This document shows positions 24,885 to 38,875 of a stretch of DNA of 64,000 nucleotides, piece by piece (within the stretch, counting starts at the first letter, position 1; each line of letters starts with the position of its first letter). The stretch is taken from NCBI RefSeq assembly GCF_009914755.1, contig NC_060929.1; one strand, written 5' to 3'. The stretch comes from the human T2T-CHM13v2.0 reference genome, Homo sapiens. Under the pieces are notes generated by a model that worked only from the letters and a program-made list of their open reading frames with translations, ran no database searches and was not told the origin of the DNA. Made by a program: the position numbers and the translations under genes.

Positions 24885-25311
24885 AGTAGGCACAATGATG
24901 TGTCCTTCAAGAAGACTTGTGGCCTCAGCTGCTAGGACTGACTGCAACTAAGCAGCCTTCAGCTGTTAGACCCTTAAGGGATTTCCTCAGTGGTAGAGAG
25001 TCACTGAGTTCAAGGATACACCCTTCCCAAGGAAGCACATATTCAAAGACTAGCTGTGGTGGGAGCGGGGGGTGAAAGCCCAGACAGTTCTGCCCAGAAA
25101 GGGACAATTTTGATGGGCCATTTTAATTCTGTGGGATCAACCTAGGCTGTCGTCATACCAGCATTTCAGCTCTACCTGTCTCACTGCCCTAACTTGCTTC
25201 CTTCCACTTCCTTCCACAGATTTTACTCCCACTGGTAGCCCCTAATGAAAACTGCATATGCTACAATTGGTTTCAGAGTCTGCTTGACTGAGAATCCATC
25301 CGGTTGTGACA
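24885..25311 (+). mobile_element. LTR16C-like ERVL LTR
   Basis: CCTTCAAGAAGACTTG..CAGCCTTCAGCTGTTAG..GGGACAATTTTGATGGGCCATT..TCAGAGTCTGCTT..GTGACA. Confidence 0.8.
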
Positions 25312-25708
25312 TGCATTTTATTTCTTGTACTCCTTGAAACACATTATTTACTTAGATTATAGACACCATAGTCATCTGTTTTAGTTTTTTTTCTGTTTCC
25401 TTGGCCACTATTTCTTCTTGTTTGTAAGTTATTTTCCCAATTCATCATGCCCCCAAACTCACTTCCTAGTCCTTTTCCATTTTTAAAAAATTCTCCCCAC
25501 ATTCTCTTGCTGATATTAGCTATTTTGTTGCTTTAAATACCATGCAATCTGTTTTCAATACAGCAGCCAAAACAGTCATGTTAAAATACCAAGTTATGTC
25601 ATTTCTTTCCTGAAAACCATTCCACAACTTCTTATCCCAATCATAGTCTAACCCAGTTCTTTGTTTTGTTTTGTTTTGTTTGTTAGAATAGTCTGAAAGA
25701 CCTGATAC

Positions 25709-25888
25709 CAGTGGTTCTCAACCCTGGATGTATATTAGAATCACCTGGAGATCTTTAACCACTACTCCAGCCTGAAACTCAGCACAAACGAATTAAATAA
25801 GAATATCTGGAGGTGATATGTGGTCCTCACTAATTGTGTAGCTCTTAATAAGAGCATCGACATGCATCTCTAGATTTAAGAAGCACTG
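25709..25888. mobile_element. MER5A-like hAT-Charlie element
   Basis: CAGTGGTTCTCAAC ... TTTAAGAAGCACTG termini; TTAGAATCACCTGG. Confidence 0.8.
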
Positions 25889-26234
25889 CCTTAGAACTCT
25901 AACTCCTTGTTCTCTCTGATCTCCTCTCCTAGTACTCTGGTCATATCTCACTGAGCTTTAGCCTCACTGGACCCTTTCTCATGTTTTAAACACACCAAGC
26001 AGCACTCTGGACTCTGAGCTTACTGTTTTCTCTGCTTGGGACGCTTTCCCTCACGTATCTGGTGGTTCACTCCTTCACCAGCCTCAGATCTTTGCCAAAT
26101 TTCACTGACCCATTAATCATTTTCCAACTTATCTATTTGAAAGTGTCACCCCTTCCTTCTTCAAAACTTTTAATTTCTCCAAGCATTTATTATATGTCAT
26201 TATACGTGTTTTACTTGTTATTTCTTAGCTTCCT

Positions 26235-26740
26235 ATACTAGGTTCCTATTGCCATTGTAACAAGTTACTACATACTCCATCTTAAAATAACACAAATTTA
26301 TAATCTTACAGTTCAGGAGGTCAGAAGTTCAAGATGGAAATTACCGAGCTAAAATCCAAGGTGTCAGCAGGGCTTTATTTCTTCTAGAGGCTATAGAAGA
26401 GAATCTATTTCTTTGCACCCTCCAGCCTCTGGAGACTGCTGGCATCCCTTGGCTCATGGCCCCATTTCTCCTTTTGCAAAGCCAACAATCCTAGTACTCG
26501 GGCCTCTACTTCTGTGGTCACATCTCCTTCTCTGAGCTAACTCTTCTGCTTTCCACTTTTTCTCGTGAGAATCCTTGTAATTACATTGGGCAGCCTGATA
26601 ATCTATGATAATCTTACCATCTCAAAATTCTTAACTTAATTATATTTGCAAAGTCCCTTTTGCCATATAAGGTAACACAGTCACAGGTTCCAGAGACTGG
26701 TATGTGGGCATCTTTTGAGACCATTATTCTGCCTATTATA
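26235..26740 (-). mobile_element. MLT1C/D LTR
   Basis: CTTACAGTTCAGGAGGTCAGAAGT..CAAGGTGTCAGCAGGG..GCAAAGTCCCTTTTGCCATATAAGGTAAC..TTATTCTGCCTA. Confidence 0.85.
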
Positions 26741-27299
26741 CTTCCTCCTCTCAAATATATTCTCCCTGAGAGAGGCATTTCTGTCCACGTGGGTCACTGC
26801 TCTATCCCACGTACCTAGAGCAGCGCCTTTTTTGTTGTTTAACAATTTGTTGAATTAATTTATTAATTCAGTGACCTATGACTCCTCCAAAGCTGAGATG
26901 AACCCAACAGGTGATGAGCATCTTGGAGATTTTTCCACCTCATCAAGTTATTTTATTTGGCTACACATAATATGCTAGAAGGAAATTCATTTTTACATAC
27001 TGCTTTTAATAGCCAAAGTATGCTATCCTAAAATATTTTATGAACATCTGCTTTATATTTGCTACCAAGCCCCATAAGGGACAATCTTAGCAGAATCAAA
27101 GCCAGATTCACTCAACTTAGAGCTCAAACCAGACAGTTAAAATAAATTTAGATGGAGGAAAGTGCTCCAAAGATTCCTAGACTCATCAAACCACAGAAAG
27201 ATTTGGAAGAAATATTAAAAGGTCACTTGATATATTCCGCTGTCTTCATATGAGATAAAAATGTCACAAACTTAGGCTTATCACTGTTTTAAAATTTGT

Positions 27300-27420
27300 A
27301 ATTCACTTTGAGCTCCTTGAGATAAGGAATTATATCTTATTTATTTTTTAATCTTTAGTATCTAGTACATAGTAAGCATTCACTATGTGTTCTGGAAAGA
27401 TATATTGAATAAATAAATGT
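27300..27420 (+). mobile_element. L2 3' end fragment
   Basis: GAGCTCCTTGAGATAAGGAATTATATCTT...TATTGAATAAATAAAT. Confidence 0.55.
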
Positions 27421-27774
27421 AACAAAATTCTTCATGCCATAAAAGCTGAATATGGAGCTGAAAATCAAATTTAGAGAAAATAAGCACCCATCTTTATGAA
27501 CTAAAAAGAATTTTATAAAATAAGATATATAATCATATCTCTAAATCAATTATAATGGTACCAAGAAATAACAGCTATGGCTGCAGCTATAGTAAAGCCC
27601 ACCTCTGAATACTGTCAAAGCCAGGTTTGTACTTATACCAATGACCTTTTGCAACCATTCTCCCAATTACACAAGCCAAAACTTAGGAATCATCTCTGCT
27701 TTTCCACTTTCTCTCCCATCCTTACATTCCATCCACCACCAAAACCTGTGGCTCTGTTTTCAAAATATATCCCT

Positions 27775-28430
27775 TGTAGAAGTCATTGTTAATGTTCAAC
27801 AAATATCCCCATTCTTTTGCACATTTCCTAATCCCCATATAGTTAGGTTGGAGCCATGGGATTAATTCAAAGAAATTTGAATGGCAACAGTGACTATCTC
27901 CAAGGCAATTAGGAAATGGTGGACATCCTCTAGCTCCCTATTCCTCAGCTGTAGTGACCTTAAAGGCCACATGTTCCAGATGGCATAGCTAGAAGATTGA
28001 AGATGCTGAGATTCTTGAGTCACTATTTGGAGGAGGGCCACTTTGGAGAGCTTCCCAAACTGCTTTGGACTGTGAGATAAGAAATGCACTTATATTGGGT
28101 CAAGCCACTGAGATTATGGGATTTGTGTTTTGTAGCAGCTAGCATTAATTACTCTAAAAAATAACAAGATCAGAACCAGGAATGGGCGGGGACTTCTCTA
28201 ACAAAAATGAAAACAAAAATATGTGGTGTCTGCTCAGGAGTCAAATGTCAGGACAGCCAAGAAAGGGATAGTGGAGGTTGTAAATGTATTAATCCTTCGT
28301 ATACAGAAAGAAAACATGTGATTATGCTATTACCTACAGCAACTTATGATCATATAATTACTGAGCTAGCAACTCCAGGGAAATAATTGTAAAACAGAAA
28401 ATTAGTAGTGTTAGTTGCCTAGCATAGGCT
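27775..28430 (+). mobile_element. MLT1J-like LTR (to ~28165) plus start of internal region
   Basis: AAGCCACTGAGATTATGGGATTTGTG..GCAGCTAGC, followed by a MaLR-internal-like start. Confidence 0.55.
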
Positions 28431-28539
28431 CTGAAAAGGTTACCTTATCACAGAGGCCTTTTCTCTCCTCTCCACTCACAAGTTAACCCTTTATTCTACT
28501 CTTGAGGCTTCACATGACTCATTATTATCCTCAATTATA

Positions 28540-28700
28540 ATATATCTTTGTTTATTCACTGACAACTTGTCTCACTAGAATATAATCTCCATGAGAAAGA
28601 GGCTTAAGTCTCACATTTACCACTTTTATCATTAGAATCTTTAACAGTACCTGACACATAATAGCAAAAAATGTATTAAACAAATAAAAGAATGAATGTA
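28540..28700 (+). mobile_element. L2 3' end fragment
   Basis: CACTAGAATATAATCTCCATGAG..ACAGTACCTGACACATAATAG..GAATGAATG. Confidence 0.65.
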
Positions 28701-30132
28701 TATTCTCTAATTATTGGTTTCAGATGAAGGTTCCTTAATATGCATCAGTGTCTGTCTTTGCTTCTCCTCTCTCTCCCTCTCTCTTTCACCCTCTTGTTCA
28801 TGTTCACACAGTCTCTCATCTCTTCTTTCCTTTGTGTATCTGCTTTATGTTTCTTTCCCTAGAGACTGGTTTCTCTGCTTCCAAGTTCACATGGCAGCCC
28901 CACAGCATCCAAATTAATATGTTATCTCACCATAGTTTAATTTGAAATTATTTTGAGAAATAATCAAAATAATTTGGGTAATTTATGACCAACTGTTGAT
29001 GGTCATTTGAGGAGAGGGGTATATACACAGTTGTCTATGTCCATAGCAGAAATCTCAAAAAAGCAGCTACTACAAAGCTCTTGACAACAAAATGATAAAG
29101 ATGATTAATAAATTTTCAAATAACAATCCCCTATTTAGAAACATAAATATTTTATTAAGCGGTTCCTCAGGAAACCATGCACAGAAAAGTAATTTTAAAA
29201 GCCCTAAAAATTACATTTAAAAGATGAAGTAGAGAGCTGAGTGATATTATTGACCATTTTGAAGAGTAAGAAAATAATGTATATTTAAATCAAGTTGTAC
29301 ATAAGGAAATATTCCAAAATCTTTGGGATTACTTATTCACAATCACATGTTTGAAGCACCATTTTCTTTATGGGAATGATGATATGACAAGAAAAAAACG
29401 GAATGAGAGTTATAAAAATAGAAGTATGTATAGTTTTTTCTTCTGTATTCGATTGTTCTACTTCGTCTTTCTTTTAGGAAAAGAAAACTTAAATAGCTCA
29501 AGCAACCAATTCATAAGCAGATGGAAAAGAAAGTTTGCAAAAGTTTAGCGTTTTCCTGAAAAAGCCACAGATTAAATATTCTGACAGGAGAAACCCCATT
29601 TATGACTGTGATTTGTCCATAAAATACCAACCAAGTTAAAATAAATGTACAGCTTGCATTTTATGTAGTATGCAGGAAATATCGCCCAATTATATAGTCT
29701 AGTTTAAACAAATCCAATTGCATTCTGATTTGGGAAAATAATTTTAATATAACATTTTATCATTATTTGATAATTTAATGTACAACTTATGTACATAGCT
29801 GTATAATATACACATATGTATACACACATAAGCACACAGTATGTTTTAAATGAAAACATTAAAAATTAGCTTTAAGATTGCATCATAAATGAGTATCTTA
29901 TCTCTTGCTTCTTCTCAAATTCTTCAGATACCCATTGTCCTCTGCTGCTGGGAAACTGTCAAATTTAACAAAAACACGAGGTCTTTTTATTTTACTTCAC
30001 AAAGGGTCTCTTCTGTTTTCCTTCCCATACCAATTAGAAATAATATTCCAGAAAGCCAAACAGATGATTATTTGATTATTCTACACTCTGAAAAAGTTTT
30101 AACATTCCCTTCTTTCACTTCATTCATTTAGG

Positions 30133-30146
30133 AAGAGAGAGAGAGA

Positions 30147-30184
<38 letters not shown>
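30133..30184. repeat. Compound (GA)n/(GT)18 microsatellite
   Basis: Read directly; GT run at 30149-30184. Confidence 0.97.
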
Positions 30185-30186
<2 letters not shown>

Positions 30187-31094
30187 ACACAATATACTGA
30201 GTGTTGAAGAGACAATAGTGAATAAACCAATTTCCTGCCCTCAAATACTTAGGGTTTGACTATATGCCAATAGGCAATGTGCAATGTATAGTGTCTCATT
30301 TTATTCTTTAAACCCTTTGAGCTAGGATTAATACCATTTTAAATATGTGATAAATTCTTTAATAAGCCCAAGCTCAGATGGTGTTCATTTTTTTAAGTCT
30401 CTGGATATCTAATCTTCAAAAGCAAATATTAGTTATTGCGATGGTATTTGAGGCACAATTTGGTAAAATTTGATTAAAAGTCTAGGACCCCACATTCCCC
30501 TTTCATCAAATATTTCTTATATGATTGCTGAGGAAGCTAAATACATACAGTACTATGAAACAGAAACCCAAAATGTTGCTTTAATTCTTAGTGGGAGAGT
30601 AGGAATACCCAAATGCAAGACTTTCTCGTAACCTGGATCAAACACATCACTTCAGACTCAAGCCCTAGGAAGGCTTCTCTATCTTACCAGATGCAATCCA
30701 ATCAGGATGATTTCCTAAGGTTTAGGGAATGTTCTAATAGGAAGCAGAGAGATATAAGATGGAGAACTGACCCTCCCATATACGAGTTCAACTCAGTTCC
30801 CTTACAAGTCCTAGAGACAAGGAAAAGAAAGTAGAAAGAAAAGATGCACAGTGGCCCTGACCACTAGTAGCAATAGCCCAACCACTGATACACGGTCTGA
30901 AGAACCAGATTGGATTATCTCCCTTTTGGGGAACAAACAAAAAAACAAAAACAACAACAACAACAAAAACAGTGTTGGATAAAATGAGCATTTTCCCTCA
31001 CATTAAACTGGTATATGTTAAAGACAGAATATGACTCGTTTTTTTCACTTTAAGAACAATTATTTTAACTGCTCTCCCATAAAAAAAAGTTTTC

Positions 31095-31318
31095 TGGAAT
31101 TGAGCAATGAGAACACATGGACACAGGAAGGGGAACATCACACACCGGGGCCTGTTGTGGGGTGGGGGGTGGGGGGAGGGATAGCATTAGGAGATATACC
31201 TAATGTTAAATGACTAGTTAATGGGTGCAGCACACCAACATGGCACATGTATACATATGTAACTAACCTGCACGTTGTGCACATGTACTCTAAAACTTAA
31301 AGTATAATAAAAAAAAAT
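31095..31318 (+). mobile_element. L1PA3-like short 3' end
   Basis: Young L1 3'UTR with poly(A); TSD AAAAAAAAGTTTT (31081-31093 / 31319-31331). Confidence 0.92.
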
Positions 31319-33879
31319 AAAAAAAAGTTTTATTGGCTTTGCATCTTCAAAAGAGAGCATTATTTACAAAAAATGGCCCCCTAACTAATAGAATACTCAA
31401 AGGATTTATGTTTAATCACAAAAGCTTCCTCTGCTTCTATTTCCAGGAAACCATCTCTTCTTGCTACAGCTTACTCACTCAGCCCATTCCTCACATGTGT
31501 ATTCTAACCAAAGTAGATTTTCTCAGATTTTATTAACCGTACATTTTAAGGAACAATCCTAAACTTTCCAGGGGTGGTATTTGATAGCAACAGAGAGATC
31601 AGCAATAATTATCATGATTATATAAAGCAAAAGAATGAGAATTGTAGAGAAAAACTTATTTAACTTAAAACAAGTATATTTCTTATTTTTTTTTTTTATT
31701 TTAAACATGTAATGTTAACTAAAGCACTAAGTCTTGCTTATCAGAGATGCTTATTTTGGGTAGTATGGAAAATACAACTCATGGAAACCCAGGATCATTG
31801 TTAAGTAAGTTGTACTACTTTTAAAAATATATTCACAACCTTTCTTCCAGCACCAGATTTAAGATAGGTATGCTGTTCAATATCTCTGTCTTTGAAATTT
31901 GTTTTCCCTATTTCTGTATTTTTTCCTCTTTCTTTACTTTGTGATTTCTGAATTGTCAATCTTTAATACTCAGATCACATGATGAGGGCTTTAGCATTCC
32001 ATCTCACAGAATTCTGTCCCTGTAGAGTTGTACACTTTCTAATTTTAGAACTTGACACAATGTTTTCTGTGCCACAGCACTGTGAAGTTTTGAAAGAAGA
32101 GACCATATTCTATTCAACTGTGAAATCTTCTGCACCCAAAATCCATCACAGTGTGGGCCTATTAAACGAATGAGCGAGTTTAGAAGGGACAAGTCCAGAA
32201 ATCCATAACTCTAAACCCCCAGACAATTATGCCTCTCTCCACAATCCCTCATCTCTTAATAATACCCATATGAATATAACAAGCAAGTTCCGACTTGGTG
32301 TTTTCATCTTTATATAGTTTTGGGAAATCTATGTCTTTCAAGATTTCTGTAGCCTAAAAAGATTAATTCATGGTGACTCATTCTGATCCATATTAAACAG
32401 GACAACAAATTGTAAAACCTCTTCAAATTTTCAGAGTCCAGCACCTACATTATTTACTGGAACAGAGCTAATAATACGATTTTGTTACACACATCATCCC
32501 TGGATTTATTATATTTTGTTGCTTTGTTTAGATTTTCCTTATATAATTAAAACATGTATTTTTGTAAATGACCTTAAGTCATTCCTAGAAAAATTTGAGG
32601 AATGAATAATTAGACAAATGAAAGATATACCAACTGATGATTTCTATTCCTTCCATAAGTTTTTATAAGCCACTGACAAATGTGAGTTCTCTAGTTCTAA
32701 TATAGCAGTATATTAAGTTTAATACTGAAAACAAAATCAGTTATTATTTAAAATTTGATGTTGGGCATTCTCCCAGAACACACTTTCTACATCGGAAAGT
32801 TAGAGTTTCACTGGCCTTAATTCCCATCTCTAAACTCATTTCATATCCAAATAAGCTATTTTATTCAATAAATATTTATAAAGCTCCCTCCTGACATGCA
32901 TTCAAAGTTGTTCTGTCAAAGAGAAAAGGTTAGTGAAGCTCAATTAGACCAAATGGAATGCTTGAGAGAACAGAACTGTCTTTGGCATTTTTTGAACATT
33001 AATACTGAGTGAGTCGATTCTGTGCCCTTGGACAAGGAATTTTGTAGCTCTGAGCTAGAATTGAAAGGTTTGTCAGTAGCACCTGCCCACACCAATCTAT
33101 ATATGGTGATGGGATAAGCCATCACATAAGGGTTACACATGACTGTGTAAAGAAAAAACGTGTTTTCAGGTAAGCATTTCCCAGCTATTTCATGTATTTA
33201 AAGAGAGCCTGCACTGTTGCTTTGAGGCTGATAAATATGTACTCTATTCCAACTCAGAGGAAGGTACTATTTAGAGCAGAAATATCTGCAGAAAAGACAA
33301 CTAAGCAGAATATTTAAGGAATCTTCTGGAAAATAAGGGAGATGCTAATCTACAAGTCACTGAAACTCTGATTTCTCATTTTCTAATTGTTCCTGTTAGG
33401 TAAAAGCTAAAATGTGCAGTAATTTTCAGCTTTGTCACCAGAGAATTTTCATTTAAATGCTGGATATAAACAGCTGAACCTGAGACTCAAACTGAGCAAA
33501 TATTCAGTTTGGTAAGACAAATGCCTGTTATAGCTGTAGATCTGGAAAGAACCATGTAGCTCTAAAACATAATGCCTACAGCTCCACAGGATAAAGCAAA
33601 ATCAAATGTAGATCTTTTCTGTTGCATGACTGATTTGTGTAACTGGATAAAGAAAAATTCTTCCAGTATTAAGGAGTTATATAGAAATATGAAAAAATTT
33701 TGACAGTAATCAAGTAAAAAGAGGGGACTGGATTAAATAATCAGCAGTTTTACTTATTATCCCAACTATTTGTTACCAACAGAGGTTACCACGTTAAAGC
33801 ATTTCTAAATTATTAGTCAATGCTACACATTTTCCCATCAAATCAAAAATGCATCAGTCGGTTCTGATATTTAATGTTG

Positions 33880-34025
33880 CTACTAATTTGTTATATAAGT
33901 CCAAGTTTCTTTGTAAATCACTATTTTATCAATAAAAATGGAAGTAACATATTTCCTCCATATCTTTAAAGCTTATTGCAAGAATAAGATGAGATAGTAG
34001 GTAGATGTAAAGTTATGCATTTAAA
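33880..34025 (+). mobile_element. MIR fragment
   Basis: ATAAAAATGGAAGTAAC..TTATTGCAAGAATAAGATGAGATA. Confidence 0.5.
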
Positions 34026-34063
34026 GTCAAAAATTCAATTGTTCAAAATAAGTCAACTGTCTA

Positions 34064-34112
34064 CGAAGATCTTGCAATGTATCAAATCAATAAACAAAAA
34101 CAACAAGAAAAC
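34064..34112 (+). mobile_element. Orphan 49-bp retroposed insert with AATAAA and A-rich tail
   Basis: Flanked by AAAATAAGTCAACTGTCTA (34045-34063) / AAAATAAGTCAATTGTCTA (34113-34131). Confidence 0.65.
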
Positions 34113-34492
34113 AAAATAAGTCAATTGTCTAAATATAGAATATGAGAGAATACACTTAAAACTATACTATAAAAAAGATTATAATCTCTCACGGACATTT
34201 TAATGAACAGGTGCTAAAAAGCTAATAAAATCTGAGACTACAAAAATAAAACTATTGTCTAGCTCAAGGGACACAACAGGGCACAATATTCTGTACCGGT
34301 CACATCAAGTAGTCATTGCTCAGAACTTTGAGAGCCTTTAAGAAGGGATAGGTGAAGTATTTGGAAACTGTGTCACAGGAACAAACTTTGAAACCACCAA
34401 GGATGATTACCCAGGACAAGTAAAGCTTTAGAAGTATTGTCATTAGAACAGTACATTAGCAAAAGAAATGTGAATTAAAATATGGCTAGCAA

Positions 34493-34802
<310 letters not shown>

Positions 34803-36017
34803 TCATTAGAAAGGTTCAGGCATAGGCTAGATAATCAATCAACTGACAGAGTGCTCTAGAGAAGATATCCTAGGTATACTCCAAAGACTTACAACCAGAC
34901 AATTTTAAAATTGAGGCTATAACAGTAATTTTTAAACTAATTGTACTGGACAAAGGAAAGACTTTGTCATCCTGTAGAAATAGATTTCTCCAGTATAAAA
35001 ATCTTTGAGTAATACGCTAACATGCCATTATTCTGAGGATGATGCTTCCGGATGGTAAAAGGAGACAAATGGAACAATTACTTCCTGTTCACCACACCAT
35101 TTTCACAGTGAGCGCTTGTGGCTTGGATGCTACTGCCAAGTGCATGATTAAAAACAAACACTTTTCAATGTGAACATGCAATTTGTCTATCATTCCTATT
35201 AATGAAGGCAAGAATTGCTTCTGTTTTGAAAATAAACTTTTAAAAACTTATCTTCCCAGAAATTACTTGAAATGAGAAAAATTGATTTTATTAGAAGGTA
35301 ATCCTAGAAATACAATATTGAGATACATTGTAAAAATGAAAACTGTTCTGTGAAATAAGCTACAGCCCATTTGAATATGACTTGTTTTGTTTTTTTAATG
35401 TAAAGCTCACTATCCCATTTCAGATTGTTTGCATATATTTAAATAAAGAATTTTCCATGAGCTGTGCAATTTGAAAACTTCTTGGTTTATATAGGATGCA
35501 CATATTTATCTGAGGTTACACATAACCAGATAAATACCAAAACTTTCCTAGATTTTGTATACATACCTGGGAAAATTGGAAATTTACTCTAAAGTCATAA
35601 TTGACTACACAATCAAATTAATTACATAATTTGGCTCCTTATTCTTCCTGCTATTCAAGTGCATTGAGTAAGCTCAAACAGGATTAGCTGGCTCATTCTA
35701 AATCCAGATACTCAGAATAAGATTTTGAGACCATAATTGTCCACACATCCTATCTCCTGAAGGGAGTCATAGAATCAATTTTCATCAGGGACGAGTCAGG
35801 TAATGAAAAGATAAAAGACATCAGAGAGTGACAGAGCCTGCAGAAAATGACAGACAATCCCCTGACAAAATACATCAGCCTCAATTTCTAAAAATTATAT
35901 GGTGATCAAATAAAACATTTCTGTGACCTAGATCTAACTCAGAGTCAAGAAGATAAAATCCTGACCTAATGTTCAGCCATTTTATTTTATTTTATAGATA
36001 GCAAACCAATACCATCT

Positions 36018-37149
36018 TGTTGGGGGAAGTCAGGGACCCCAAATGGAGGGACCGGCTGAAGCCATGGTGGAAGAATATAAATTGTGATGATTTCATGAAC
36101 ATTTATTAGTTCCCCAAATTAATACTTTTATAATTTCTTATGCCTGTCTTTACTGCAATCTCTGAACATAAATTGTGAAGATTTCATGGACACTTATCAC
36201 TTCCCCAATCAATACGCTTGTGATTTCCTATGCCTGTCTTTACTTTAATCTCTTAATCCCATCATTTTCGTAAACTGAGGAGGACGTATGTCGCCTCAGG
36301 ACCCTGTAATGATTGCGTTAACTGCACAAATTGTTTGTAGGACATGTGTGTTTGAACAATATGAAACCTGGGCTCCTTGAAAAAAGAACAGGATAACAGC
36401 AATGTTCAGGGAACAAGAGAGATAACCTTAAACTCTGACCGCTGGTGAGCCGGGTGGAACAGAGCCATGTTTCTCTTCTTTCAAAAGCAAATGGGAGAAA
36501 TATCACTGAATTCTTTTTCTCAGAAAGGAACATACCTGAGAAAGAGAATGTGTCCCTGAGGGTGGGCCTCTAAAATGGCCCCCTTGGGTGCGGCCGTCTT
36601 TTATGGTCGAGCTGTAGGGATGAAATAAGCCCCAGTCTCCCATAGCGCTCCCAGGCTTATTAGGATGAGGAAATTCCTGCCTAATAAATTTTTGTTAGAG
36701 GGGTTGCCTGCTCTCAAACCCTGTCTCCTGATAAGATGTTATCAATGACAATGCATGCCCAAAACTTCATTAGCAATTTTAATTTCGCCCCGGTCCTGTG
36801 GTCCTGTGATCTCGCCCTGCCTCCATTTGCCTTGTGATATCTTATTACTTAGTGAAGCACGCGATCTCTGTGACCCACACCCTATTCATACACTCCCTCC
36901 CCTTTTGAAAATCCCTAATAAAAACTTGCTGGTTTTACAGCTCAGGGGGCATCATAGAACCTACTGACATGTGATGTCTCCCCTGGATGCCCAGCTTTAA
37001 AATTTCTCTCTTTTGTACTCTGTCCGTTTATTTCTCAAATCAGTTGATGCTTAGGGAAAATAGAAAAGAAACTACATGAAATATCGGGGTGAATTTTGCC
37101 CAATATCTGGCTGAATTTTCCCCGATATCTGGCTGAATTTCCCCCAATA
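36018..37149 (+). mobile_element. MER11A-like solo LTR (HERV-K HML-8)
   Basis: TGTTGGGGGAAGTCAGGGACCCC start, ...GAATTTCCCCCAATA end, 1132 bp; TSD CCATCT / CTATCT. Confidence 0.92.
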
Positions 37150-38366
37150 CTATCTATATGGATGTTGAGTTAAATACGTGACTTTTTCAAGGTCATATAG
37201 TAAATTATGGCAAAGCCAGATCTAGATTCTATGTGTTCTGTGTTTTGGTTGCATGACACTTTTAAGTTATGTGTTTGACTCTATTGCTGAAATCCAGAGC
37301 CTATGGTTCTGACCTTTAAAATATTTTCATGTATATAAAGATTGTGTTTCTTTGTGCACTGATGTCTTGTCTAATACTAATTCCCTATTCTTTTTGCTTT
37401 TTCTATTAACAAAAGACTACCGTGTGAAGTAAAACATAGTGAAAAAATCTTGTAAACATATTTAGCAGGTACTCCTCTAAATCTTGGTGAAAATGCTGTA
37501 CTACTTTGTAAATTAAAAAGATCCAAAACTGGAATACATTCTGAGATGCCGACTTAGTTAATAATGAAAATTGAGCCTGCCATACTCTGTGTATACCCAG
37601 TTCTGCTACATTTGCATAGAATTTTCCTTGGGGAGAACAATAAACAATCTTGAAATCCCATGAATGACTGGCCTGGCATGGATCTTCACAGTCTGCTATT
37701 AATAAAAAAACTCTGTTAGAAAAAAACCAAAGAATAATAAACATTTTCTTGCTAGTAAGTCATTTATAGAGAGACTATCATCCCACTTTTTTTTCACAGC
37801 CTAAACATATGTTACTGCATCTTCAGAAAGATTCATTTTTGCTTAGATGAGACATGGCAAGCAATTGGAGCCTTCAATCCAGTGATCTGCAAGGATGACA
37901 TCATACCAGGAATAATCATCATGTTTATGATGGTTATGTCCATCAGGACATTAAGCATTTGTTACTCCTATATAGGCCAGAGGAGAGAAACAAAAAATCA
38001 TTATTGAAGTGGCTTCAATCTCTGGGTCCAAATTACAATTATTATTTGCCTCTAAGTCTTCCGATTACATAGGGATTCTTCAATGCCAATTTATCTCTTC
38101 TAGAAATTTGTTTTTCATTCTTAAAATAGAAGCATAGCTCTACCTTGAACACAATGATGAAAGATGAGCACATGCAGCCCAATCTATTTTTATGAATGAA
38201 TTGGTTTGATTTCCTTTTTGGCAACTGCAAACTCAAAGCATCAGAATAAATGTGTTCATTCAACAAAAATGCGTCTTGTTTGATTGAATAATGCTGTGAT
38301 CCAAGCAAAAGAGTCTTAGAAAAATGGAAACGATTTGCAAGGAAGTCAGTGAGATATTCATATCTT

Positions 38367-38671
<305 letters not shown>

Positions 38672-38875
38672 GAGATATTCATATCTTAATGGAGATGAAA
38701 CCACTCTCTCCCTGGGATTTTTCAAAGACATAGTTAGATAGTCTTGTTGAGTATGAGAATGGTAGGCAGATATTTCCCATTGGCCCTTAGCTACTAAACA
38801 ATTACACTTCTCCAGTCATTCCCCAGTCCCATGACTAACTGTTACTATTTACCTAGTCTCTAGTATTAGTACTTC

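Larger units (their letters stand above)
25400..26870 (+). mobile_element. L2 fragments hosting MER5 and MLT1 insertions
   Basis: TCAATACAGCAGCCAAAACAGTC; CTCTGCTTGGGACGCTTTCCC; 3' end TTGTTGAATTAATTTATT. Confidence 0.6.

Noticed and set aside
31978-32060. ATGATGA as a possible snoRNA C box
   Set aside because: No suitably placed CTGA D box or terminal stem.
37967-37976. Isolated CArG box CCTATATAGG
   Set aside because: A single 10-mer is expected by chance in AT-rich DNA; no supporting cluster.
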